Notes under the pieces: generated by a model
What the model was told of the DNA's origin: nothing
What the model saw: the letters and a program-made list of their open reading frames with translations, nothing else
Database searches by the model: none
Source of the DNA: Fidelibacterota bacterium
Lineage (GTDB): Bacteria > Fidelibacterota > Marinisomatia > Marinisomatales > S15-B10
NCBI GenBank assembly: GCA_002729175.1
Contig: PBTS01000046.1
Span: 13,768-24,431 of the forward strand
DNA length: 10,664 nucleotides
Reading direction: 5' to 3'
Shown here: positions 1-7,970 of the stretch, piece after piece
Layout of the letters: each line of letters opens with the position of its first letter
Numbering within the stretch: the first letter of the stretch is position 1
Position numbers and translations under genes: made by a program

Positions 1-2508
1 CCTTATCAGGCGGAGATTTCTCAGGGACGGTTGGAGGCACTCCTGAATTATCAGACATGTGTTAGCGACCTCACTGGCCTACCGCTGGCCAACGCCTCTC
101 TCCTGGACGAGGCCACTGCGGCGGCAGAGGCTATGACCATGTTCCACCGGGCTCACAAGACAGGGGCCGTTTTTCTGGTGTCGGAAGATTGCCATCCCCA
201 GACTGTGGCAGTAGTTCAAAGCCGGGCTGAACCGCAAAACGTTGAGGTAAAAGTTTTACCTCACAGTGAGTTTAGTTTTGATGAAACTGTTTTCGGGGCT
301 CTCATCCAATACCCCGGCACCTCCGGCGCTGTATTGGATTATGGTAACCTTTGTGCCTTAGCTCATGAAGCCGGCGCTTTCGTCTGTGCCGCCACGGACC
401 TTATGGCGTTGACTCTTCTGAAACCGCCAGGTGAGTTTGGTGTCGATACTGCAGTGGGGAACAGTCAGCGATTCGGCGTCCCCTTAGGTTTCGGCGGACC
501 TCATGCCGCATTCTTCGCATCTTCGGAAGATTTCAAACGGCTCATGCCTGGCAGAATTATCGGCGTCACGGTGGATGCTCGGAAGAAGCGCTCCCTCCGT
601 ATGGCGCTCCAGACACGAGAGCAGCATATTCGGAGAGACAAGGCTACCTCCAACATCTGCACTGCCCAGGTACTCCTGGCTGTTATGGCGGGGATGTATG
701 CCGTTTATCATGGCCCCGACGGTTTGAAGCAGATTGCCGAAAAGATTCATAAACGTGCCGTGCTTTTCTTCCATTCTCTGAAGAAGGCCGGAGTGGAGGT
801 GACGGACCAATCTTTATTTGACACCGTCCGGTTTGTGCCGACAAAAGGGTGGGATGAAAAGACAAAAAAGAAGGGGATTTCCGTAAGAAAATTCGACGAT
901 GGATCCGTAGCCGTCTCGGTAGATGAAACCACCACCGAACAGAACGTCCATGATCTGTTGGAATGCTTTGGAGCATCACCGGTAGGGGCAAAGCCGATTC
1001 CTCTTATCGGTGAGCTGGCCCGGGAATCGTCTTACATGGACCACCCAGTGTTTAACAGCTATCACACGGAGACTGAACTGCTAAGGTACATCCGCCATTT
1101 GGAGACCAAGGATTTTTCTCTAGCGGACGGGATGATTCCCTTGGGCTCGTGCACCATGAAACTCACCGCTGCAGCCCAAATGGAATCTCTCACCTTGCCC
1201 GGTTTCGCCGATTTGCACCCTTTTGCTTCAACGGAAGACACCCAAGGATATGTATCCCTCATGAATGATCTGAAAAGCTGGCTCTGTGCCGCTACAGGTT
1301 TTCACGATATTTCTTTTCAACCCAACTCCGGTGCCCAGGGAGAATACAGTGGTTTACTGGTGATCCGGGCTGCTCATCTGGATAACGATGATGATCAGAG
1401 AAAAGTGTGCCTCATACCATCTTCGGCCCATGGAACCAACCCCGCCAGCGCCATTATGGCCGGAATGGATGTGGTTGTGGTGAATTGTGATAACAGTGGC
1501 AACATCGACAAAACTGACCTCACTGCCAAAGCCGGAGAGGCTGGGGAGAGGTTGGCCGCCTGCATGATCACCTACCCGTCTACCCACGGTGTATTCGAAG
1601 AAGGAATCAAGGAGATTTGTGACATCATCCACACTCACGGTGGGTTGGTCTATCTGGACGGTGCCAACATGAATGCCATGGTTGGGATCAGCCGCCCTTC
1701 CGATCTTGGCGCCGATGTGTGCCATCTGAACCTCCACAAGACATTTGCTATCCCTCATGGTGGCGGTGGACCGGGGATGGGCCCCATCGGCGTTACTAAA
1801 GAGCTGGCACCGTTTCTGCCGGGGCATCCGGTAGTAGAGTGCGGCGGAGCCAAAGCCACTGGTCCTGTCTCAGCATCACCTTACGGCAGTGCTTCCATCC
1901 TTACTATCTCTTGGGCATATATTGCCATGCTGGGTGCTGAAGGGTTGACCCGGTCCACTGAGATGGCCATCCTTAACGCCAACTACATCACCAAAGGTCT
2001 TGAAGAGTATTACCCTATTTTGTACCGGGGTGCCAACGGACTGGTAGCCCATGAATTCATCCTTGATTTAAGGCCTTTTCGCAAAAGTGCTGACATTACG
2101 GAAGAGGATGTGGCGAAGCGACTCATGGATTTCGGTTTTCACGCTCCCACCATGAGCTGGCCCGTCCCTGGTACCATGATGGTGGAACCGACGGAAAGTG
2201 AATCCAAGTCAGAGCTGGATCGGTTTGTGGAGGCCATGATCACCATCCGCCGAGAGATCAGCGACATTGAATCGGGAAAACTGGACAAAGAAGATAACCC
2301 TTTGAAAAATGCTCCTCACACGGCACAAATGGTGATGGACGACGACTGGAGCCACCCCTATTCTCGGGAGCAAGCTGCCTATCCAGTGGACGGATTGAAA
2401 CAGAGAAAATTCTGGCCCGCCTGTGCAAGAGTGGACAACGCCTACGGCGACCGGAACCTTGTTTGCACCTGCCCTCCTGTGGACGCATACAAGGAGTCGC
2501 CGCAATAG
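1..2508 (+). CDS. gcvP: Glycine dehydrogenase (aminomethyl-transferring), glycine cleavage system P protein, single-chain form; 5' end lies outside the window
   Basis: Frame 1 is open from base 1 ([19 protein letters not shown], a conserved internal GcvP motif), so TTG 31 is not the real start. Other motifs: [87 protein letters not shown], the PLP-lysine motif [18 protein letters not shown] (Lys codon 1738-1740) and C-terminal [12 protein letters not shown]. Stop TAG 2506-2508. Confidence 0.98.
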   Translation, partial: PYQAEISQGRLEALLNYQTCVSDLTGLPLANASLLDEATAAAEAMTMFHRAHKTGAVFLVSEDCHPQTVAVVQSRAEPQNVEVKVLPHSEFSFDETVFGALIQYPGTSGAVLDYGNLCALAHEAGAFVCAATDLMALTLLKPPGEFGVDTAVGNSQRFGVPLGFGGPHAAFFASSEDFKRLMPGRIIGVTVDARKKRSLRMALQTREQHIRRDKATSNICTAQVLLAVMAGMYAVYHGPDGLKQIAEKIHKRAVLFFHSLKKAGVEVTDQSLFDTVRFVPTKGWDEKTKKKGISVRKFDDGSVAVSVDETTTEQNVHDLLECFGASPVGAKPIPLIGELARESSYMDHPVFNSYHTETELLRYIRHLETKDFSLADGMIPLGSCTMKLTAAAQMESLTLPGFADLHPFASTEDTQGYVSLMNDLKSWLCAATGFHDISFQPNSGAQGEYSGLLVIRAAHLDNDDDQRKVCLIPSSAHGTNPASAIMAGMDVVVVNCDNSGNIDKTDLTAKAGEAGERLAACMITYPSTHGVFEEGIKEICDIIHTHGGLVYLDGANMNAMVGISRPSDLGADVCHLNLHKTFAIPHGGGGPGMGPIGVTKELAPFLPGHPVVECGGAKATGPVSASPYGSASILTISWAYIAMLGAEGLTRSTEMAILNANYITKGLEEYYPILYRGANGLVAHEFILDLRPFRKSADITEEDVAKRLMDFGFHAPTMSWPVPGTMMVEPTESESKSELDRFVEAMITIRREISDIESGKLDKEDNPLKNAPHTAQMVMDDDWSHPYSREQAAYPVDGLKQRKFWPACARVDNAYGDRNLVCTCPPVDAYKESPQ

Positions 2509-2526
2509 GTTAGCCGGCACTGTTCT

Positions 2527-3762
2527 GTGGAACAGATATATTACTTTATCATCATCAGCGCTCTCGTGGGGGAATACCTGCTCTCCACTGTTAGTGCCGT
2601 TCTGAACATGAACAGTATCACCGAAGATGTTCCAGAACAGTTTCGGGATGTTTATGAAAGTGAAGAATATGCCCGATCCCAGGCGTACCTGAGGGCTAAG
2701 ACCCGATTTAGCCTCTTTTCAGGAACATTCAGTCTTCTCCTCATTTTGGTCGTGATTCACACCAGCCTTTTCGGCGTTTTGGACGGGTTTGTCCGGGCTC
2801 AGACCACCCAGCCCATCCTGGCAGGGCTCTTTTTCTTTGGCATCATCTTTATTATTAACGATCTCATCAATATCCCTTTTTCCCTCTATAGCATCTTTGT
2901 TATAGAGGAGGAGTTTGATTTTAACCGGACCACTCCGAAGACTTATATCATAGATAAACTGAAAGGATATCTTCTAACTGTCGTTTTGGGCAGTGCCGTC
3001 GTGGCACCCATCCTCTATTTCTTTAGTGCATTTGGAGCTAGCGGCTGGTGGATCGCTTGGATAGCAGTAGCCTTTTTTACCGTGGCCGTTCAACCTCTGT
3101 TTGTTCACGTCATCGCACCCATGTTCAACAAATTTTCACCTCTCGAAGCTGGGGAGCTTCGTTCTGCTATCGAGGCTTACGCATCAGAGGTGAACTTTCC
3201 CATCGTCCGCATAGACGTCATGGACGGCAGTCGAAGGTCAGCCCACTCTAACGCCTACTTTAGTGGTCTGGGGAAGAGCAAGCGGGTGGCCCTGTTCGAC
3301 ACCCTGCTGGAAAAGCACACCACAGAGGAAATTGTTTCCGTGGTGGCCCACGAAGTGGGACACTTCAAGAAAAAGCACATCATTATGGGGACAACGCTCG
3401 GTGTACTTCAGGCAGGCGTTATGCTCTTTATCTTTAACCTTATAATGAGTGATTCTGCTCTTTTCGCCGTTTTTGGCGTCAGTCAGGTCTCCGTTCATGC
3501 GGGGATGATCTTTTTCGCCATGCTCTTTGCACCGGTGAACTTGTTGACGTCCATCTTTACTACCGCTCTGAGCCGCCGGAATGAGTTTCAGGCTGATGGC
3601 TACGCCCTGGAGACGACACGGAACCACGAGGCACTGGTAAGCATGCTCAAGGGTCTTGCCGCCAGCAACCTGTCCCACCTGACACCCCACCCTTTTACTG
3701 TTTTTCTCTCTTACAGCCACCCGCCCGTATTGCAACGAATTGCGGCAGTATCGCCGGAATAA
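2527..3762 (+). CDS. M48 family zinc metalloprotease, Ste24/CAAX prenyl protease 1-like, integral membrane
   Basis: 411 aa with about seven hydrophobic segments. Ste24 signatures: IAPMFNKFSPL, MDGSRRSAHSNAYFSGLGKSKRVALFDTLL, HEVGH zinc motif (3349-3363), SRRNEFQAD with the third ligand Glu, and YSHPPVLQRI. GTG start 18 nt after the gcvP stop; no strong SD. Confidence 0.95.
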   Translation: MEQIYYFIIISALVGEYLLSTVSAVLNMNSITEDVPEQFRDVYESEEYARSQAYLRAKTRFSLFSGTFSLLLILVVIHTSLFGVLDGFVRAQTTQPILAGLFFFGIIFIINDLINIPFSLYSIFVIEEEFDFNRTTPKTYIIDKLKGYLLTVVLGSAVVAPILYFFSAFGASGWWIAWIAVAFFTVAVQPLFVHVIAPMFNKFSPLEAGELRSAIEAYASEVNFPIVRIDVMDGSRRSAHSNAYFSGLGKSKRVALFDTLLEKHTTEEIVSVVAHEVGHFKKKHIIMGTTLGVLQAGVMLFIFNLIMSDSALFAVFGVSQVSVHAGMIFFAMLFAPVNLLTSIFTTALSRRNEFQADGYALETTRNHEALVSMLKGLAASNLSHLTPHPFTVFLSYSHPPVLQRIAAVSPE

Positions 3763-3774
3763 GAGAGAAGTCTG

Positions 3775-3803
3775 TTTTACAGTTAGCCTGAAAAGGTTAT
3801 ACT
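3775..3803 (+). promoter_or_regulatory. Putative sigma70-type promoter for the Mth938-like gene
   Basis: TTTACA (3776-3781; or TTTTAC 3775-3780), a 16-17 nt spacer, then TATACT (3798-3803), in the intergenic gap and followed by SD-like GAGGT (3809-3813). TTTACA and TATACT each match consensus at 5/6. Confidence 0.55.
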
Positions 3804-3821
3804 TGTGAGAGGTAGTTCTCA

Positions 3822-4172
3822 ATAAAACTGCAATATGACACCTTTGGCAAGATTACTGTTGATGACCAACTCTATCATTACGATGTGATAGTGGACAGAC
3901 AGTCTATCGAGAAAAGGCAGAAGAAAAACAGCAAGCATCTGCGGTCTCAGTACGGACACACTCCACTGAGTCCTGACGAAAACATCCCGTGGAAGTGTCA
4001 GGAACTGGTTATCGACACAGGCTTTTACGGCAGCCTACCTGTCACCGATGAGATAGTCCGGGCGGCTGCAGAGAAAGGTGTGAAACTGAAGGTGATGAAA
4101 ACAGCGGAGGCGTGCCAGTATCTTATGGAAACCGGGACAGATGCCAACGCTGTGCTGCACATTACCTGCTGA
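3822..4172 (+). CDS. Mth938-like (DUF498/AAMDC family) domain protein, about 116 aa; probable start ATA 3822 (ORF track starts at GTG 3885)
   Basis: The frame is open back to TAG 3813-3815 and reads IKLQYDTFGKITVDDQLYHYDVIVD...GHTPLS...LVIDTGFYGSLPV...MKTAEAC...NAVLHITC*. The N-terminal FGxITxD-x-x-Y-x-x-DVI, central LVI[G/D]TG, TxEA and terminal HxTC match Mth938-family hallmarks. The start position is inferred. Confidence 0.85.
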   Translation: MKLQYDTFGKITVDDQLYHYDVIVDRQSIEKRQKKNSKHLRSQYGHTPLSPDENIPWKCQELVIDTGFYGSLPVTDEIVRAAAEKGVKLKVMKTAEACQYLMETGTDANAVLHITC

Positions 4173-4240
4173 TCTGGCCTTGGGAGAAGGAGTCTATAAC
4201 CTCCCTTGATGGTTGCTCGCGCATTCTTAGACCAAACTGT

Positions 4241-5347
4241 ATGATACAGTTATTTCTTTTTCTCATTATAATGGCAGCTTCAGGCTGTGGTGAACCGGAT
4301 AAAATTCCGGTCTACGCTTGGCTTGGCGGTCCCGGAAATGCTACCGGTGAAGAGATCAAAGTACAATTCAAGGATCTCAAAGAAAAAGGGATCGATGGAT
4401 TGATGTACAGTGGCGGGCACGATCCTAAGACCTACCGACGGGTGGGGAAGATAGCAAAAGAGACGGGCTTGGAGTTTCACGCCTGGATTCCCACATTGAT
4501 ACAGAACCCTAATTCCCGTCTTAAGCAGGAATGGTATATGGTGAACGGGGTGGGTGAATCAACTTACGATAAACCCCCTTACGTGGGTTACTATAAGTTT
4601 TTATGCCCCAGCAGGGAGGAGGTGATCCGTTTCTTGGAGACGCTCTACACTGGCGTGGCTGAAGTTCCGGAACTAGACGGCATTCACCTTGATTACATCC
4701 GCTTTCCCGATGTGATCCTTCCCCGTGGACTTTGGAAGAAATACGGCTTGTTCATGGACCGTGAGTACCCGCAGTTTGATTACTGTTATTGCGAAAAATG
4801 TGTTGCCGGATTCAAAGCTGCATCAGGTATAGATATCCGCTCTGTGGAAGATCCCACAAAGGTGAAAGCGTGGAAACAGTACCGAAAAAATTTGATTACC
4901 AATGTGATTAAGCGTCTTAAAAAAATAGCCCACAGTGAAGGTAAAGCCATCAACGCAGCCGTTTTCCCGGGGCCCCATTCTGTGGCCAAAAAAATTGTTC
5001 AACAGGAGTGGGACCGGTGGGCACTGGATGCGATTTTCCCCATGAATTACAATGACTTCTATCTGGAGGGGCCTGAATGGATCGGCAGGGTAACGCGGGA
5101 AGCAGTTGAATCCGTATCGGCTGGACAGCCAGTCTATAGCGGTTTGTTCATCTGTCCCAAACCGAAAAATAAAGCCTCCGAGTTGGACCCGGAGAATCAC
5201 GGTCTTTTACCTGAAGAGTTGGAACCGGCCATCCGTGAATCGATGGAGAATGGTGCTGCGGGAATATGTCTTTTCACACCGGGCCGCATGACAGAAGCAC
5301 ACTGGTCAGAATTCAAAAAGGCTGTTTACAAAACTTATTATGACTGA
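4241..5347 (+). CDS. Glycoside hydrolase-like 10 (DUF187/YddW-like) TIM-barrel protein, probable lipoprotein
   Basis: Motifs GLEFHAWI, FLCPSREEV, LDGIHLDYIRFPD, YCYCEKC, AAVFP and QEWDRWALDAIFPMNYNDFY. ATG 4241 gives MIQLFLFLIIMAASGC, a hydrophobic stretch plus lipobox-like ASGC (Cys 4286-4288). The track start at 4112 overlaps the upstream gene by 61 nt and is unlikely. Substrate unknown. Confidence 0.82.
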   Translation: MIQLFLFLIIMAASGCGEPDKIPVYAWLGGPGNATGEEIKVQFKDLKEKGIDGLMYSGGHDPKTYRRVGKIAKETGLEFHAWIPTLIQNPNSRLKQEWYMVNGVGESTYDKPPYVGYYKFLCPSREEVIRFLETLYTGVAEVPELDGIHLDYIRFPDVILPRGLWKKYGLFMDREYPQFDYCYCEKCVAGFKAASGIDIRSVEDPTKVKAWKQYRKNLITNVIKRLKKIAHSEGKAINAAVFPGPHSVAKKIVQQEWDRWALDAIFPMNYNDFYLEGPEWIGRVTREAVESVSAGQPVYSGLFICPKPKNKASELDPENHGLLPEELEPAIRESMENGAAGICLFTPGRMTEAHWSEFKKAVYKTYYD

Positions 5348-5532
5348 TCTTGAAAAGCCGTCTCTGGACAAGATCATCAAAAAATGATTTGGGGCGGAAG
5401 GGCCAGTGGAATATTGCAAAAACTGTTAACAGAAAATGGTGTTTGAACGGCCTCATGACAGTTTGGACATTGAAACGTATATTTTCAAGCAGGTATACAG
5501 AATATGAAATCACTGTAGGCCTCAAAGGGTGA
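5340..5532 (+). pseudogene. Possible decayed small CxxC (zinc-ribbon-like) gene
   Basis: From ATG 5340, which overlaps the upstream stop (ATGACTGA), the frame reads MTDLEKPSLDKIIKK*FGAEGPVEYCKNC*QKMVFERPHDSLDIETYIFKQVYRI*, with internal stops TGA 5385 and TAA 5427. A second frame supplies TEYEITVGLKG* to 5532. It looks protein-like but I recognise no homolog. Confidence 0.3.
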
Positions 5533-5581
5533 GAGAAAAATTAAATTACATATTGTCAACTTAATAACAGGAGCAGATACA

Positions 5582-7051
5582 ATGATATATAGATCCTTTG
5601 AAATTCATAATTCAGTTTGGTCAAAATTGATGATGTTATGGTTAACAGTATTGTTGTTTGTTTCCCCAGTTGAAGGACAAGCCAAATGGACTGCCAACAA
5701 AAAAGCTGTTGTTGCTTCAGTTAAAAAGCATGAAAAAGAGTTAACCAGTATTAGCGACAATATCTGGTCTTATGCTGAATTGTCACTGGCAGAACATCAA
5801 TCCTCCAAAGCGCTTTCTGATTATGCTGAAAAAAATGGTTTCAAGGTGGAACGGGGTGTGGCTGGTATGCCCACAGCCATTGTAGCTACTTATGGATCAG
5901 GAAGGCCCCGCATTGGTATTCTTGGAGAGTTTGATGCCAATGCCGGGATATCGCAAAAAAAACAGCCCACAAAAGAAGCAAGGATTGCAGGCGCTCCAGG
6001 ACACGGCTGTGGCCACAATCTTTTCGGAACCGGCAGCCTGGGTGCCGCCATTGCCATTAAGGAACTTATGGAACAAAAGAAACTGAAAGGGACCATTGTC
6101 TTTTTTGGTACTCCTGCTGAAGAAACAATATTTGGGAAAACTTATATGGCCAGGGCAGGTCTTTTCAACGATTTGGATATCTGCATGGATTGGCACCCTG
6201 GTGACAATCTGGAAGCAAGCACCCAGAGCAGTAAAGCGCTGGTGGATTTCAGAGTGAAATATTACGGGAAGGCCGCTCACGCCTCATCGGATCCTTGGAA
6301 TGGATTCAGCGCCGTTGATGGCTTGGAACTCTATACCACCGGCATGAACTATTACAGAGAGCATATCAGACCGACCGCAAGAATTCATTACCATATTGAA
6401 ACGGCCGGTGATGTTGTCAATGTTGTGCCTGAACATGCACAGATCTGGACACGGGTCCGGGAGAATGATAGGGAAAATCTGAATGTAGTTTATGAACGAG
6501 TAAAGAAAATTGCCGAAGGTGCAGCTATGATGGCTGAAGTGGATTATTCTATTGAACTGATCTCAGGTATATATGAGATTCAACCCAACAGAACCGGAGC
6601 AGCAGCTTTACTGAAAAACATGGAGCTGTTAGGTCCCATCGACTACTCGAAAGATGAGCTTAAGTATGCCAAAACGATCCAGCGGGAAACAGATAAACCG
6701 GAAGAAGGGATGGATGCTGATATAGAACCCTTGCGAGAAACCTTACCGGCACAGGGTGGATCAACGGATGTAGGCGATGTGAGTCAGATCGTTCCTGTTG
6801 TACGTGCCCGGGTTTCCGCTGCTCCTAAAGATGTGCCGTGGCACTCTTGGGCAGTTGTGGCCTGTACTGGTATGTCAATCGGTCACAAGGGGATGTTTTT
6901 TGCTGCAAAATCTCTCAGCATGACCATGGTGGATCTCTTTGAAAATCCTCAGCTTGTTAAAGAGATAAAAGCTGAGTTCAAAAAAAGAAAAGGGGATAAG
7001 GTCTATAAGGCAATGATTCCTGACGGCCCTCCTCCTGTCCCTCAGAATTGA
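5582..7051 (+). CDS. M20 family amidohydrolase, p-aminobenzoyl-glutamate hydrolase subunit B (AbgB)-like, with signal peptide
   Basis: Motifs ELSLAEHQSS, GVAGMPTA, IGILGEFDA, GHGCGHNLFG, GTPAEE, DWHP, GKAAHAS..PWNG.SAVD, NVVPE, GGSTDVGDVSQIVP and PWHSW. SD AGGAG 5569-5573 sits 8 nt before ATG 5582. N-terminal SKLMMLWLTVLLFVSPVEG-Q resembles a Sec signal peptide. Confidence 0.92.
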   Translation: MIYRSFEIHNSVWSKLMMLWLTVLLFVSPVEGQAKWTANKKAVVASVKKHEKELTSISDNIWSYAELSLAEHQSSKALSDYAEKNGFKVERGVAGMPTAIVATYGSGRPRIGILGEFDANAGISQKKQPTKEARIAGAPGHGCGHNLFGTGSLGAAIAIKELMEQKKLKGTIVFFGTPAEETIFGKTYMARAGLFNDLDICMDWHPGDNLEASTQSSKALVDFRVKYYGKAAHASSDPWNGFSAVDGLELYTTGMNYYREHIRPTARIHYHIETAGDVVNVVPEHAQIWTRVRENDRENLNVVYERVKKIAEGAAMMAEVDYSIELISGIYEIQPNRTGAAALLKNMELLGPIDYSKDELKYAKTIQRETDKPEEGMDADIEPLRETLPAQGGSTDVGDVSQIVPVVRARVSAAPKDVPWHSWAVVACTGMSIGHKGMFFAAKSLSMTMVDLFENPQLVKEIKAEFKKRKGDKVYKAMIPDGPPPVPQN

Positions 7052-7068
7052 GTTTGGTGAATTTTTCA

Positions 7069-7956
7069 ATGACTGATATTGTCAGAAAAGTCTCCCGGTT
7101 CAACTTTTTTCTGTTGTTGAGCGTTTTTCTTGCTTGCACTCAATCGTCAGATTCGAGGCGGCTGGAAACAGTCTCAATGCTTGGGGCGGAACTCCATTCT
7201 GACAGCGGCGGTGATAGCCTCTTGACAGGAATAGAAACCAGGCTGTCAGCAAAACCGAACAACCTCTCCATTCTCATGGAGAAAGGATCGGCACTTGAAG
7301 GTTTGAGGAGGTACAGAGAAGCTGTAGAAGTATACACTCAATGTCTGTTACTCAGTCCTGAAATGCCGGAACTCTTGAGACGGCGAGGGCAGCGGTATAT
7401 CAGCCTGAGAAAACTGGACAATGCCATTACTGATCTGGAGCTGGCAGCCACGCGCCACACCTTTGTAAAAGCTGAAAATCTGAAGTACACGGAAAACCTC
7501 AACTGGGCCATTTGGTATTACCTTGCTTTGACTTACTACCTCCAAGCGGATTTTGAAAAAGCGTTGACAGCCTTTCAAAGAAGTTATGATTATTCCGCTG
7601 ATAATGTATCCCTCCTTGCATCTGTGAACTGGATTCACAACTGCCTCAGAAGATTGGGCCGATCAGATGAAGCCAGACAAGTGGTAGAGCCTATCAAAGA
7701 GGATATGGGTTATTCAGGGAATTACTATAAATGCATTCTGGTTTACAACGGCACCAAAACAGAGTCAGAAACAATCAATTATGATACTGCTAAGGGCTTT
7801 GAAATGTGTACTGTTGGATACGGCATGGCAAATTTTCATTGGGTGAATGGTGACAAAGAGACAGCCCTGAAAATTTATAGGAAAATCGTGGCTGAGGAAA
7901 CTTGGCAAGCAAATGGATTCTTGGCCGCCGAAGCTGAATTAAGCAAAATACAATAA
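7069..7956 (+). CDS. Tetratricopeptide-repeat (TPR) protein, probable lipoprotein
   Basis: TPR-like helical pairs (KGSALEGLRRYREAVEVYTQCLLLSPE; RGQRYISLRKLDNAITDLELA; WYYLALTYYLQADFEKALTAFQRS). ATG 7069 with GGTGA at 7056-7060 is preferred over TTG 7048. N-terminus MTDIVRKVSRFNFFLLLSVFLAC has basic residues, a hydrophobic core and lipobox FLAC (Cys 7135-7137). Confidence 0.85.
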   Translation: MTDIVRKVSRFNFFLLLSVFLACTQSSDSRRLETVSMLGAELHSDSGGDSLLTGIETRLSAKPNNLSILMEKGSALEGLRRYREAVEVYTQCLLLSPEMPELLRRRGQRYISLRKLDNAITDLELAATRHTFVKAENLKYTENLNWAIWYYLALTYYLQADFEKALTAFQRSYDYSADNVSLLASVNWIHNCLRRLGRSDEARQVVEPIKEDMGYSGNYYKCILVYNGTKTESETINYDTAKGFEMCTVGYGMANFHWVNGDKETALKIYRKIVAEETWQANGFLAAEAELSKIQ

Positions 7957-7970
7957 TCTTCGAGGAGAAA

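Noticed and set aside
31..33. TTG 31 as the gcvP start
   Set aside because: The frame is open from base 1 and encodes the conserved internal motif [12 protein letters not shown], so the gene starts upstream of the window.
2527..4172. Mth938-like protein as a CAAX substrate of the adjacent Ste24-like protease
   Set aside because: Its Cys is the last residue (HITC), not at position -4 as a CAAX box requires.
4182..4207. GGGAG...CTCCC hairpin as an intrinsic terminator
   Set aside because: Short stem, long loop and no U-tract.
4167..4210. TGC-TGA at the end of the Mth938-like gene as a Cys-Sec pair with a downstream SECIS
   Set aside because: HxTC is the normal C-terminus of this family, read-through adds only eight codons before TAA 4197, and the hairpin is weak.
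4112..4240. Longer N-terminus for the glycoside hydrolase from GTG 4112
   Set aside because: It overlaps the Mth938-like gene by 61 nt and would bury the signal peptide 43 residues inside the protein.
5423..5432. Perfect 10-bp palindrome CTGTTAACAG
   Set aside because: Several palindromes of this length are expected by chance in 10 kb, and it does not extend or recur in full.
5350..5532. 60-aa ORF from TTG 5350 as an intact gene
   Set aside because: No SD, atypical composition and no motif. The interrupted frame from ATG 5340 looks more protein-like.
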